A stretch of DNA of 64,000 nucleotides from Perna viridis (lineage: Eukaryota): assembly GCA_037379345.1 (NCBI GenBank), contig CM074511.1, positions 6,324,001 to 6,388,000 of the forward strand. The letters are read 5' to 3'. Of the stretch, positions 41,541 to 54,479 are shown piece after piece (the first letter of the stretch is position 1; the number at the start of each line of letters is the position of its first letter). A model generated the notes under the pieces. It worked only from the letters and a program-made list of their open reading frames with translations, did no database searches and was not told where the DNA came from. A program made the translations under genes and the position numbers.

Positions 41541-42525
41541 AAATCACTCTTGATGATTATGCTGAGCATTTGACTCGTGCATCCTTAATATTAGAGAAAT
41601 AATAATTTAAAAAAATTTAACGAAGTGCAAAATTATACAAATTTGTTAGAAAAGACCGTTTTATGGACGAAATAATGGAGCAACTAGGTTTTTTTAATAA
41701 CAAATAAAAATTCGTTGATACCACATTTTCTTTTAAGAATATGAAAGCTTGTCATATTTTTTTCACAATTTACAACAAAAAATCAGACAAGTTCATTCCA
41801 ATTGCTTTAGAAAATCCTTATTTAATCTGTATATATATACGAAGCAACGTCTGATAGGTTGGTCATTGTATGGTTTAACAACCAAACATCATTGTCTGAA
41901 GAAAGAAAAATCTATACTACCAAAATATTAGTACATGTAATCCCCCCCCAAAAAAGTAATAAAATCTCTTGGGAGAAATAGTTCAAGTTACTAAAAGCCC
42001 ATTTTCTTGATAACAGCATCTAGGCCTCAGAGTAAGCGATTGAATAATTTAAAAATAAAATAGGGAAAGAAAGAAAATTTTACTTCTTTCAACTACATGG
42101 TGTGAAAAAGGTTTCCCCTGTTAAGACTACTATATACTTAGTTATTGATAACTGCAACTGAATTAAAACCCTTGTAGTCTGACTGTTGCTTCATGTGTGT
42201 AAAAGAAAAGGAAACTGAGAGCATTAATGTTTAACAGAACTACTATCAGTTGTGTATAAATGACATATAAATATATAAAAAGCCATAGTTACCGTGCTAC
42301 ACAATGTTGGAATTTTATACATATAAAACAGACATCAATATAAATGAAATTATGCCAAGTAAAGGTTTTTTCTCATTTCAAAAATGGATAATAATGATGA
42401 ATTTCTTACATATTTTATATTGAAGTTTGAAATCTTCAATCTCAAACATTTTTCATAACGACTTCAAACTTTAATATAACACTCGTATGCAGTAAGTAGA
42501 CCCCGTATCATGGCACAAATAGTTT

Positions 42526-43322
42526 CTATGCTTTTTCCAAGGGATTTTCATGTTTGTCTGAGTCGGACTGAACAAGGATCACTTCTGGTGTGTGGTCACA
42601 TTTAATGCTAGCAGGTTCATCATTTGCATACGCTTTTTTGTAATTTGGACCATCAATATTATCTTTCTCATTTTCATCCTCTATAACTTGGGTCACTGAT
42701 TGGTCAGATTCTTTTAAAACACTGTTTTTATCTGGGTTGCAAATATCAACAGTAACAGGATTTCCATTACAGTTTGTAAAAGCGTTCGATTCTGGCACTG
42801 AATTTTCAACGTCTTCAACATGTAAAGAGACATCATCGGTCTTCTTTATTTCCGGTGCCGATGTTATAACTTCCGGTATAGGGGTATCATTATCAGTTAC
42901 CAGCATACATATATCACTCTCCTTCTCTCCGATTGGGGTCTTATTTATATCTATATCACTACCTCTATCTACACTAGCACTGTCTGGACTTAATAAAGCC
43001 ATGCTTCGTTCAAAAGCAGGTGAATCGGCGACACTGTCTTCATGTTTTGCCTCGACCGATTGTGATGCGTTAGACGCTCTCGAATCTAGTTGAAATTTTC
43101 TATCATTCAAACGAGTCATTGATATCCTAGAACCCGCTCGACTCATGTGACCATCCTTGTCAATATTTGTTACAGTGATCTTTTCGTGAGGAACACAAAC
43201 ATAGACAGGACGATACAAGATTACTTCATCGTCTGGTTCTTCTCCCTCTCCGATATATACCTGGCCTAATTGAAATTCTGAACTTATATACATACCACCC
43301 TCAACATTTGTTGCTGCATGGT
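42526..43322 (-). CDS. Alpha-arrestin last coding exon (acidic low-complexity tail, 264 aa plus stop)
   Basis: Long open frame in the ORF track (42526-43338). Acceptor ttttgcag| at 43323-43324 joins in phase 1 with exon 6 (G+AC = D). Ends ...NPLEKA-TAG. Total CDS 1758 nt. Confidence 0.88.
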
Positions 43323-43402
43323 CTGCAAAAATTATCAAATCAATTATTAATTAGAAATGGTAATATTGAATGTAAATCAAGAGTCCTGTTTTAGTCGTAT
43401 TG

Positions 43403-43570
43403 TAGGCGCGGATCCCGGGGCAGGCGTGCTGGGCGTCTGCCTCCCCTAAAATAACGGACAATGAAACCTTGATTTGCCAAAAATTTTACTTCCATATTAT
43501 TTTTGCTTCGCTTCGCTCGTCATTTAATTCTATTAACCCCCACTAACCTGAAATTCTGGCTCTGCACCTG
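43403..43570. mobile_element. Probable MITE, about 170 bp (arrestin intron 6)
   Basis: GC-rich island with imperfect TIRs TAGGCGCGGATCC ... TGGCTCTGCACCTG; no clear TSD. Confidence 0.5.
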
Positions 43571-44273
43571 CATTGGTAGAATAATAATTGTACTAATGCA
43601 TCCGGAGCAAATGTATTTTAAAATATACCTAATGCAATGTGCTTGGAATAAAAGTATATCTTGCTTTATCTAATGAGTTTTAGAAATTATCATACATCAC
43701 TATCACAAGTAATGTGTTTTATGCAATTGCTTCCGATAATTACTATGTCTCCTTTTTGTCGTCATGCAAAAACTATGTCTTTTGAAACAAATTTATAACA
43801 CTTTCAACACTTTGAAAACATGCACTTATAATTGCACTGCAATAAATCGAGGGAATTTGCATTTGATGGTACCAGTAGACACACAAGGCATAGAGCACCT
43901 GTGGTACTTCTAGTGTGTCACCGGCCTCTAGCTACTTGCTGCTTAACAGGAGAAATATTTACAGCATTGATCCAATATTTAATGATGCCGAGTGCCATAT
44001 GGATCGGCTGGTTGTCCCATAAATATATCTGAACCAAAGCGTAATTTTTTTATGAAGCGTTTTACCACTCTTGAGTACTTATGAGGAAGTTTTCCAACAT
44101 AGAAGGCGTTAAAAGATGGCAGTATCACCGTTTGAAACACCAATACACACGAAATAGTCTAAACGTCGCGGAAGGTTGCTGAAAAGGGTGGAACATTTTG
44201 TCCTTTCAGCTGTCAACATAAGAAGACAAAAAAATCATAATAACAGTATGAATCATGATATGATAAATCACCG

Positions 44274-44325
44274 ACTGTCTGTCTGTCTGTCTGTCTTTTT
44301 GTCTTTGTCTTTGTCTTTGTCTTTT
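44274..44325. repeat. Compound microsatellite (CTGT)n(CTTTGT)n
   Basis: Directly visible. Confidence 0.85.
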
Positions 44326-44412
44326 CTTTTTTTTCCAGTACCATAATTAAAATCTTACAACATAACGTTTTACAGTGAACAAAACAAGTGACAAGTTATA
44401 CTACTGTATTAC

Positions 44413-44524
44413 CATATTGTAGTATCGGGAATGGGGCATTTGTAACTCTGTATGGAGATGTAGCCACTGTGATCGGGAAATCTATCTCCAGAACTTGGCC
44501 CTTGTCTTCCATTATCAGACAAAC
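44413..44524 (-). CDS. Alpha-arrestin coding exon 6 (not in ORF track)
   Basis: VCLIMEDKGQVLEIDFPITVATSPYRVTNAPFPILQY fits the Arrestin_C end (P[IL]tig/aT.P). ttcag| and G|GTAATA; 112 nt, phase 0-1. Confidence 0.9.
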
Positions 44525-44672
44525 CTGAAAGCAGATATACTTATAAGAATGAAAAGTGAAAAATAAAATATTGAGATTGTAAAAGTAAAAAGCGACAAAA
44601 CCTCAAAGAGAAAAAAAAAACACAAGGGCAACTTAATCACGGTATCCAAAGACTTATATATAAGCTGATTAC

Positions 44673-44876
44673 CTGTAATTCATATGATATTTGTATGACA
44701 CTACAGACTTCTAGCAAGATGGTCGGAGGCATAACAGGCACCTGCAGAATATTGTTTAGGTTGTCAAACTTTTCAGAGTGATCTGGAGAAACAGTATCTC
44801 CTTTATACTCCCATACTCTGTGAGACACCGCCTTGCTCAGACCAAGAACACCTTTGTTGATGAAAAAATCTACATG
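44673..44876 (-). CDS. Alpha-arrestin coding exon 5
   Basis: HVDFFINKGVLGLSKAVSHRVWEYKG...LQVPVMPPTILLEVCSVIQISYELQ fits Arrestin_C (l.vP..PPt...C.vI.i.YeL). ttcag| and CAG|GTAATC; 204 nt. Confidence 0.92.
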
Positions 44877-46239
44877 CTGAAAATATAAAAATACCGTTCA
44901 TTGATTATTAATTTGCTATTTAAACGCACATCTATAATATCAAGACAGGTACATTTCGATGAAATGTCACAGCCTTGTAACATTTTTCAGCCGACTTCAA
45001 TTGCAACCATAAAATTTACCATATTTGGTTAACCTGTTTTTTTTCACCGAATTCCCATAAAAAATATCTACAAAATATATTTCCAACATTTTAGGCTTTA
45101 TTCTATGTGTATTATCATTTAATTATCTTTCATAGTATAACACATGGACGTCATATGCCATAACTTTTCGTCAAAATGTTTTTTTTGGTGTGTGCGTGTG
45201 TGTGTGGTTAGGGTGGGTGTTCAAATATTTTACAGTACAACAAACTGTTGTAGTACTTTCAACTTTTTAGTGTGCGTGTGTGTGTGTTTGTATGTGTGTG
45301 CCTCTTGGCTTTGTGCCACACTTTCTGCAAAATATTTAAACTATAATTTTGATATTGTATTGCCAAAGAAGAGGTTCATCAAAGAGATGTACGTACAATT
45401 TGAGTGACCTTAAGAATCTTTTTAAATTCCAATTTAATGTTATGTAATTCACAAGCAGATCACGATGAATATAAATAAAAACCCAATTTAAGATAGCCTT
45501 TGAAACTGTGATACTCATTTCCCAATTTACTTTCTAGATTTCTGTTGATATGTCCAGATAACATATAAATATAAGTCTCTAGGTGCTGTTATAAATCTTC
45601 AGTACTATTACCCTAATCAACCCTGCTGTTTTTATTTACAGTCGTAAAAGGTCGTGGTAGTTTCCATTACGAACAGAATTATTTGCTTAGTGATGTATTG
45701 AACAGGAAAAGTTCTGCCATTTATAGCTGAAATAATCTCTTAATTCCCTGATGTGGATGTAATGTGGTGAATAAAGTAAGCAGTTGCTCTTCCACTATGT
45801 ATTGATTACAGAACACTTAAAAATCAAGTTACCAAGGGCTGCCTCTTTAAACCTGTTAAATCTCCCATAACACCGATCGTTTACTGCAAAATTAACTAAG
45901 ACACTCGTAGGTTCTACGAAATACGATTTTGTTGAATAAAACATGCAAGCTCAACATTTGTTCTTAATTCTGTAGGACTCGTTTTAAGTTGTCTACAGCC
46001 TTTTTTCAATAGTTTCAATAATTGACAGTTACTAAGCCTACTTCTTAACTGTTATATGGCTTCGAGTTCAAACAAACATCAAATGCTCAAGAATAAATAA
46101 TGCTTTGTATGTAAACAGTCCAGAAACTCGTCCCTGTAATTCTAGGTAGTCAAATAGAAACCCGAGCAGAATAAAAGGTCTTATAGCGGCATTACCAGAC
46201 CAAACACAAACCATGCCAAATTGCTACTAGTTTAAACAA

Positions 46240-47170
46240 CTATTGACAGTGAGTGTCCGACTACCCTTAGAGACATAGAAAACAACTAATGATAGTGAAA
46301 ATGAAAGACTGCCCACATAGACATGTCAGTAAAACAATATTGATAATGATTGTGCCAGATTGCCCACATAGACATGTAAAACAACTTATGATAGTGATAG
46401 TGCCCGGCTCCTTCAAAGCATAAAAACCATATTGGTATAGATAGTGCCCGACTTATGAAACAGCTCATGGCAGTGAAAGTGCCAGATTACTTACATAAAC
46501 ATGTATAACAACTTTTGATAGTGATAGTGTCAGACTGCCCACTGAAGCATATAAAACAACTAATGACACTGGAAATGTCAGACTGCTCACAGAGACATAT
46601 GAAACAAGTACCAGTACTGATAATACCTGACCAGCCATGCAAACCCTTAATAATAACTGTTTATAATGACAACCCTGTAAAACGGAAAGCAGCCAACGGG
46701 AATGATTTTAATATACCCCTCACAAAGCAGTAATTTGACTGATAATGTCAAACCTCCACAGAATTATGAACAGAGGACTAGCTATTCATGACGTATTTAA
46801 TGCAAAATAAAGTCATAGTCATAGCTTAGAGAAGCATTGAAAGCCTGATTAGGTCTTTCGGAACTTCCCATGCAGAAAAAGTTCCAATTGGAACTACTCA
46901 GCCATTTCCGTTTTTCGATAGTAACATTTTTACTTGCACCATGATATACGATCACTTCCAAAGCGCGTTTGAATCTATATACGACAGTGATAATGCCAGA
47001 CCTCCAACAGAACTACATTGATAGTGAAAAAAGTGATGATGCCAGCCTGTTGATAGTGATGATGCCAGACCATATATAGTGATAATGCCAAACTATTCAT
47101 AGCGATGATGCCTGACAAATAGTCTATTGTTAGTGATAATGCCAGACAAATGAAAGTGATGCTGTCAGAC
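46240..47170. repeat. Degenerate about 47-bp tandem repeat and related shorter units (arrestin intron 4)
   Basis: TGATAGTGATAGTGCCAGACTGCCCACATAGACATATAAAACAAC-like units at 46240-46630; GTGATAATGCCAGAC units at 46985-47170. Confidence 0.75.
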
Positions 47171-48305
47171 AATTGACATATCTCCCACCGACTAAACAAC
47201 AATGTAACAGCTATAAACGTGACAATGAAGAAATCGTCTATAACGACTTGTAAAGTAACCGAAACAAAACACAGTAAATATAAAACTCTAAACAAAAAGA
47301 AACAAGACAAAACAAAACAAAACAAAACAAACAGACAAGCTAACTTCCTCAGAAACAGCCGAAATAAGCAACGTTTGGTCAGTTTCCAAAATATTGTATC
47401 TCTATAAATCACAAGAGACAAAAATGTCTCGTCGATTAATTGAAATTTTTATCCATGTGTAAGATATTTCTTGATTAGTCAGACGTTACAGTGAAGTTCG
47501 AGGGATTTTACTATGGAATTCGAGGCAATGGTTACTGATATTTCAAGCAAATCTCCTGCGACAACCAACAAATCAATTGAGAGTAATTAATAATATAGGA
47601 ATGGCTTATATAGCTGCAATAACATCTAGAGTTATATCCCAATTATAGTACGTCTCAGTATCGACATATCCACTGATTCCTTGTGTGGAGTGTTGGTAAT
47701 AGGTCATGTTTGTATTCTTAAGACAATGGGTATAATATTTATCTATTTTAACTCATTTATTGTTACTCAGTTCAGTGAATGAACTGCCAAAGTCAATTAT
47801 ATTCAACCAACCAGGAAGTTAATTAGATTGAAACCATATGGATATACACGGTTATCTGCTCCGAATGTCCCATAGTAATTGGGTAGTTTTTTTTTCTATC
47901 GACAGTAGTATTATGTAACATTCACTCCATTCACAGGCATGCTACATTAATCATTTGAGTGATTTATCAGATAATCATGTTCATCCCAAACGTACATGGA
48001 TTCACGACCACATCTGTTACCATCACCGCATTGTGTGTGCATTTTCACAATTAATTGCACCTGGTTGGAATTGATTTCCGATTCCTCATCAGGGACAAGG
48101 AAAAGTTTAGAGTTCATAATTGAAGTGAAAAAGAGCAGTACCCAAGATAAAATATGTTAGAATACATAGTTGTAGAGTAAGCATATATGGCGACGTATAC
48201 ATTTTCAAAAGCAATCATTTGAGAAACTGGCTATATACACATCCTATGTATACGTACATAACCGCACACGCGCTGCTAACAGAAAATACTGACGCTGTAT
48301 GTTAC

Positions 48306-48485
48306 CTGAACAAGTTTCAGAAATAACCATACATCCTGTGAACTTCCATTTTGTATGGTGGCCTTTAATCGTAGATTTTCTCCACAACAGTAAGCACTTC
48401 TCTCTAGGTCAGCCTGGAGACTAACAGGTCCACGACTGCAGCACAGACAACACGAATTCCTCTTGTCACTAGCTCTTACTGGGGT
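48306..48485 (-). CDS. Alpha-arrestin coding exon 4 (not in ORF track)
   Basis: Manual translation TPVRASDKRNSCCLCCSRGPVSLQADLERSAYCCGENLRLKATIQNGSSQDVWLFLKLVQ is the Arrestin_C start (CC.CC.sGP...r..Y..GE...i.N.S). gtag| and CAG|GTAAC; 180 nt, phase 0-0. Confidence 0.93.
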
Positions 48486-48757
48486 CTACAAGCAAACGTA
48501 ATCTTCTGACAATTGTTATCATTTTCCCGAGAAAAGAATCGGCCAAAATAAAATTCAATTTTTTTTGGGGGGGGAGCGCAAAACGTACAGAGGATTTCCC
48601 TGAAATTTAAATTCCCTATTCAACTCATTAGTATGACAAAAGACAATGAACACGAATATCAGTGTAGAGAGATGCACCTGTCTATTTAAGACCTAAATGA
48701 CAAAATGGAAACGACATTTTATCATAAAAGAAATTTTGATATGATGTTAATTTTGTT

Positions 48758-48850
48758 AAAGAGTAATCAAGGGAACCAAGGTTTATAGCAGTAATCAAAA
48801 GAATGTAATCCAAGGACAAAGGCCAGACATGGAAAACAGACATACACAAC
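48758..48850 (-). mobile_element. PLE family 1, about 93-bp terminal fragment (arrestin intron 3)
   Basis: AAAGAGTAATCAAGGGAACCAAGG...GGAAAACAGACATACACAAC. Confidence 0.88.
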
Positions 48851-49956
48851 TTTCAAATTTTTAAATTTTCACACTCTTTAAACAAACAGTGACCCCTCAC
48901 ACTATAGTAAACTTTGAACTTATTTCATTTAATAATCAATATGAATAGTAGAGAAAAATTAGTACATCATTAATGGATATACCGTATTACAACATAAGCA
49001 AGGCATTATTGAATAAATATGAATTTTAAATGGAATGCATATTGATTTGTTAACGAAAGCATGTTACAACCAATGTTTAAGCCTTGCAGTAATTCGAGTG
49101 TAATGAAATATATGGTTATTGATCGTAAATTTAATTTGAAATCCGCGGTCATTCTTACAAATGGCGACTGCTTATTAGGTGTAATGATTACATACCGCCT
49201 TGAAAGTGGATGTATATTACTGTGGTATATATTTAAACATTTTGTATAGCGACAATCAAAAGATGCGTTAACAATAATTGGCCATCAAAATCTCGTAATA
49301 TATTAAACGACACTCGAACAAGTTTACATATTCAGCTAGACTTGTGCACGTGTAGGCCTTGTGGAGTATGTACTGTCCAGAATAAGCAAAATAGAAGAAT
49401 AAAAAATAAAGCTAGGATATTTTGTTAAATTGTAATGAAACAAAGAGAAACATCCTAAATATGGTCTACGACTGTAGGAAGTAAACACTTTTCTAGTCAA
49501 CAACTAATTCATAATTTAGATGTATCAGGATGATGTCCTACAATGAACCCTATCTTTCTACTTTCTATTTAGATGTGTCAGGACGATGTAAATCATAAAC
49601 TTTACAATGAACCCTATCTTTCTACTTTCTATCTTAGATGTCTCGTTCACACCGAACTCGCATTTGGATTGGATATATTGCTTCCACACGATTCCAATTT
49701 TCATTTCGAATGCGAATTCTCGAAAATGAATCATTTATGCGTAATAATATTTAATAATATAAGTTTAATTCGCATGAGAATATTTACTATTTGTAAACGC
49801 ATTTCCAGATTTCAATTATCATTTGGTTCTAATCAAAATTATATGTATGTATAAACGAGGCGTTTATTAAACGACTTTAGAAAATACTTTATTTCATCTG
49901 TTTCACTGCAATTTTTCGAATTGTACAGTAAAATATATACATGTACTAATATTTAC

Positions 49957-50186
49957 CAGATATTTGTCATCCATGCAATCAATGTGAGGACCAACGATGG
50001 TAAAGTATTTGATGCCTTGGGGTGACGAAGAATAAGGAATATCCATGGTCATACGAATATAATATCTGATAGTTCCTATTTTACTCTCAAACGAGGCTGG
50101 CAGGGCACTTTCCGGCAGTTTAAACTGGAAGTTGTATCTGTGGTTTCCTCTGGGCATGATAGGAATTCCGCCTTCTTCATGTTTGT
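49957..50186 (-). CDS. Alpha-arrestin coding exon 3
   Basis: DKHEEGGIPIMPRGNHRYNFQFKLPESALPASFESKIGTIRYYIR...FTIVGPHIDCMDDKYL carries the hallmark G.H.Y.F.F.LP..LP.SFE...G.IRY. ttcag| and |GTAAAT; 230 nt, phase 1-0. Confidence 0.95.
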
Positions 50187-51384
50187 CTGAATGAAAAAGG
50201 AACAAAAATTAAACCAAGATATATCAGTGTGAGTTCCAATATGTAAAAGCTTTAGAAGAGCGTAAACAGGTTTAGGTCATATCTGTTTCTACAAGCTCGA
50301 TTTTAGCGTTTCGAAAATCTCAAATGTGATTAATCCATCTCTTCAACACTTAGCTTATTTATCAGTAAAGTAAATATTGTAATAGACAAACTACAATGTA
50401 TTTTAAAGTTTCTAATGATACCGCCTTCGAGGTTATTTTTATTATCGATCACTGTTTAAGTGGTGCTCCGATTTTTGGAATTTTCTGTGGCTGTAAACGA
50501 TTTTGCCACTAATGACACATCCCCTTCCGGACTGTTTCTTCTCTTTAAGATTGGTGGAACTATTGACCACTTTCAGTTAACGAAATGTTAGTGGAGAAAT
50601 TAAAAACATCATTATAAATTTGCAAAAACTTTACAAAAATTATCGAGCATTGGTCGGGCGAGTCTTTACGACCAGGATTGGAATATCTATATCCATATAT
50701 AGTTGTAAAACTCCTGTTCTAGTCACTCAGGATTGTATATAAGTAATTATATCCAAGTTAGTGGCCGTATATACAAGTTAATGACAAAGCAGAACGGTCA
50801 ATAAGCTTTCGGACAACTGAACATTTTTTTCGTTAACAAAACAAAGGCATCTCCCAGGGTCTGGCTTGTTTTTTTTTTTCTGTATAAATTTGGAGATATG
50901 ACTTGCATTTGTGGAAAAGAAGGCGTGGTTGAGCAAAAGAACTACTATACACAGTTATCATCGTGCAATGGTCAGGGGAGTCTAGGTTACACAAAAATAA
51001 CCAATTGCTGATGAAAAGGGGGCTATTTATAATTATCTCTAATCGCTACCACTGTGACAACCTAGGCTGAACAGAGACAGAAGTACTTCTTAAAGCTCAA
51101 ACGCTCAATGTAGTAACTTCTGTACTCAAATTGTAATGTCCCTATTCCATGGCGCTCCCGACTTTCCAGATGTCCTCCTATTTCTATGGATGATTTGATC
51201 GTTGTTTGTGTATAAAGATCCGACTAAATCAGTTGTGAAACATAGGCACTGTGTACAACTGCCAGTGTCAGTTTGTCGTTACAATGGTCTGTGCCATAAT
51301 AATGACGTTTGATCCATGTACGAATGAAAATCAGAATTGTTTTGTTCTAATTTTAAAAGAATCTATTAACAGTAACATTCTACA

Positions 51385-51818
51385 ATAGGTACAATATGAT
51401 TGGACAACAAAGACGTACAATAAGAACAATATGACTGGACAACAAGGACGTACGGTGGGTACAATATGACTGGACAACAAGGATGTAAAATAGGTAAAAT
51501 ATGATTGGACAACAAGAACGTACAGTAAGAACAATATGATTGGACAACAAGGACGTACAGTAGGTACAATATTACTGGACAGTAAGGACGTACAGTAGGT
51601 GCAATATGACTGGACAAGGACATACAGTACGAACAATATGACTGGAAAAACAAGGACGTACAGTAGGTACAATATGACTGGACAACAAAGACGTACGTTA
51701 GGTACAATATGACTAGACAACAAGGACGTACGGTAGGTACAATATGACTGGACAACAAGGACGTACAGTAGATACAATATGACTTGGACAACAAAGACGT
51801 ACAGTAGGTACAATATGA
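51385..51818. repeat. 35-bp minisatellite, about 12 copies (arrestin intron 2)
   Basis: Consensus GTACAATATGACTGGACAACAAGGACGTACAGTAG. It explains the two repetitive ORFs at 51331-51851. Confidence 0.95.
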
Positions 51819-52701
51819 ACCTGATTTGCTCAAAAAGTTAAAATCAAGCAACCAAATGGCTTGTTAATCAAATTATTATCAGATAAAATGGTACTAAATT
51901 GACGATGTCAGTATTAAAAGTAACTAGAGTTTGCCTTTCTGTACTTAATGCAAGTAATGATTGACGTTTACTTAGTGACAATAACTTAGTAAACAGAATG
52001 TATCAAGGTAATATCTATACTTAACATTGAGTTACAATCTCGGTCACGCTGGTTCTGGTAACACTTTAGGACAGCTGACAGTCCATACATGGAAATTGTG
52101 AGAGAAAAAAGCTTTTGATTTTAATTGAATAGTAAGTGGTAAAGAAGTCCCCAGTACTTGATTATATTTTATAAAATGAATGACTCTTATCTTATTTAGA
52201 TAGTCTTAAATGATGAATTTATGAATAATTCAAAGTTGTCATATTGCCTCTTTCTAGTAGAATCCAATAATCAAACACGATATTTATTTATCTTTTTTTT
52301 TCAATCCAAAGAGAATTTGATCGATAAATACTCGTATTTATACCACTATTGATCGCCAATCTCATTTAAATCTGTTCGAGAATTCGAGATTACCAGCACC
52401 AACGCTTTGTTACCGACCCAGTGGTCATGAAATAGCTTGAGAGAGGTTGTCAAGAATCATACCAAAAAAACCTTCTCCACTAAAAGCGTTTGATCGATAA
52501 AATGACGTATGATTAGCCCGGCATCAAAATGGTATACCTTAGTGGTATAACGTACAAGTCAAGAACTCTGTGTTGTTACTTCTTCGTAACAAAAAGCCAT
52601 CTCAATATGTCGGTCTAGCACACAACCGGGTCTATTGGAATGGCGAAATGTCCTAAAACAATACATGTACCAAGCAAGCGACGACACGGAACAGACATTA
52701 C

Positions 52702-52824
52702 CTTTTCCCCAGATGACCTTTTTGTCATCAATGTAATACTCATCATCCCTGACTGTCCTCCGTTCTCCAGCTTTAGTAATTCTCCATTCCACGTGGGCCT
52801 TTCCTCGAAGTACCAACCTTATTC
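52702..52824 (-). CDS. Alpha-arrestin coding exon 2
   Basis: GIRLVLRGKAHVEWRITKAGERRTVRDDEYYIDDKKVIWGK carries the Arrestin_N motif G.A.V.W. Acceptor gtag|, donor AAG|GTAATG; 123 nt, phase 1-1. Confidence 0.93.
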
Positions 52825-53008
52825 CTACAAATAACAAATATAGATTTCTAGCTTAAGTAAAATTAATCGAAAAAAAACAGTAATTTTAAATTTGATGGTT
52901 TTTATTTGTTCCAGTGTGTTTGTCTGTTTAACAGTAAGCTTACACATGTTTATCTTGTTTTCAGCCTGTTTTATCCTCCGTGTAGATATGACAAAGGGCG
53001 TGACAATC

Positions 53009-53318
53009 AAAGAGTAATCAAGAGAACCAAGGTTATAGCGATAATCAAAAGAATGTAATCCAGGGACAAAGACCAGACATGGAAAACAGACATACACAAC
53101 AAAGAGCATGAAGTAACTAAAATCATACATACAAAGTAACAAAAGCAAATGAGCAACTCGGACTCCACTAAAAACTGGGAGCATGGACCAGGTGCACCGG
53201 TAGGGTAAGCGTCCTCTGCTTTTCTAGAAACACCCGTTGAGTTGCTCATAAAGTCAAGTCCGGGGTAGACGAAAGAGGAAAGGAAAACTATGACACGTTG
53301 AATAAATCAGTTTTCATC
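53009..53318 (-). mobile_element. PLE family 1, about 310-bp 3' fragment (arrestin intron 1)
   Basis: Matches 7699-8010 and includes the RT end MKTDLFNVS-stop. Confidence 0.9.
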
Positions 53319-54367
53319 GGTGTTTGAAATAAAGCAAAACACAGAATAAAAACATACTTAAAATATGAACAAATAAGACGGAGTGATGTTATCAATAAAT
53401 AGCCATTGTGCCGTGTGTTTATGTTCGTGATTGTGTTGAGTAGTTCGGTATATCTATTATTTTTAGCCGTAGACAATCCACAAAACTAGCCGATTTCCCA
53501 AGTGATTCTTATATACAATGGTTAATGGAAGGTGATGGAGTAGGTATTTACATCTACAGGAAGGTAATTATGTAGGTGATACAATGTAGATATTCAACAA
53601 AACGAATTAATAGGTGATGTGCTACAGTTCTGCTTTGTCATAATCCTGTATTACTCAGAAAAAAAAAACAGCTGCCACTATCATGTACTATATAATGCTA
53701 AATTGCGTGTTAAAGGAATTGGGGATAAAATAAACTATTCTTATTTCTCAGAAACACGAAAATTTACTGCTTGTAAATTAACGGTTTCTCTAATTGGTGG
53801 TCAAGGAAAGTTAACTTTACCGGAAATCATTAGCATAAAATTGGATATTTCATATGCATTGCGTCAAAAAAAAAAGAAACAATGCTGATATGGTTTGATA
53901 TGGAAATTGCTGCTATAGTAACAATTTTTTATCAATTTCCATTTACTCCGAATGGCATTTTTTTCATGATAGGCAAGAAAATACCGCTTCTACAAAAAAT
54001 ACACCATAGAAAGAACGATACTCAAGCACGTGACTAAAAACAGAGACGATCTACATACACATTGACGTTACAAAATTCACATGAACCAAAAAATAAAGTC
54101 GGACGTAAAAGTTTAACATAAAACAATTTTACATTAGTAATTATTATAGCCAACTAGAATGGACGTATCTGTAAAGCATACACACAATCATACTAGAAAT
54201 CTTAATAATTTAAGATTTATAGTGCAACGTATACACCGTTAGCTTCATCAGACACCCAGTTCTGAATGACGTAATCTACCATATATATCGCACCCATTTT
54301 TGAATGGCTAACCATGCCCAGTTCTGGATGGCTTACATCTACCACATATATCGATGATAGTACTTAC

Positions 54368-54479
54368 CTTGAACTTTGACATTTTCCGTGTTTTTGACAA
54401 GGACACATCCTGAGAGTGTTTCCCCAGCATAGTAAACGTCCTTATCTAATTCTATCTCAAATTGTTTTATATAATCCAT
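54368..54479 (-). CDS. Alpha-arrestin (arrestin domain-containing protein), coding exon 1
   Basis: Manual translation MDYIKQFEIELDKDVYYAGETLSGCVLVKNTENVKVQ(G) matches the Arrestin_N start (vYyaGEtlsG.V). Donor AAG|GTAAGT, phase 1. Upstream acceptor (T)nAG at 54533-54534 implies a further 5' UTR exon. Confidence 0.92.

Noticed and set aside
42737-43093. 118-aa plus-strand ORF
   Set aside because: Antisense shadow of the arrestin last exon.
51331-51851. Two 160-aa ORFs
   Set aside because: They are translations of the 35-bp minisatellite inside an arrestin intron.
53007-53249. Recurrent MSNSAGVSRKAEDAYP... ORF (also at 7622, 15776, 59474) as a small protein family
   Set aside because: It lies in the PLE 3' UTR and its ATG is part of the stem. 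Copies differ in frame and length, so the similarity reflects recent repeat copying.
54225-54290. Hammerhead ribozyme at CTGATGA (minus strand)
   Set aside because: No stem II plus GAAA core follows. The other CTGATGA hits I inspected also lack it.
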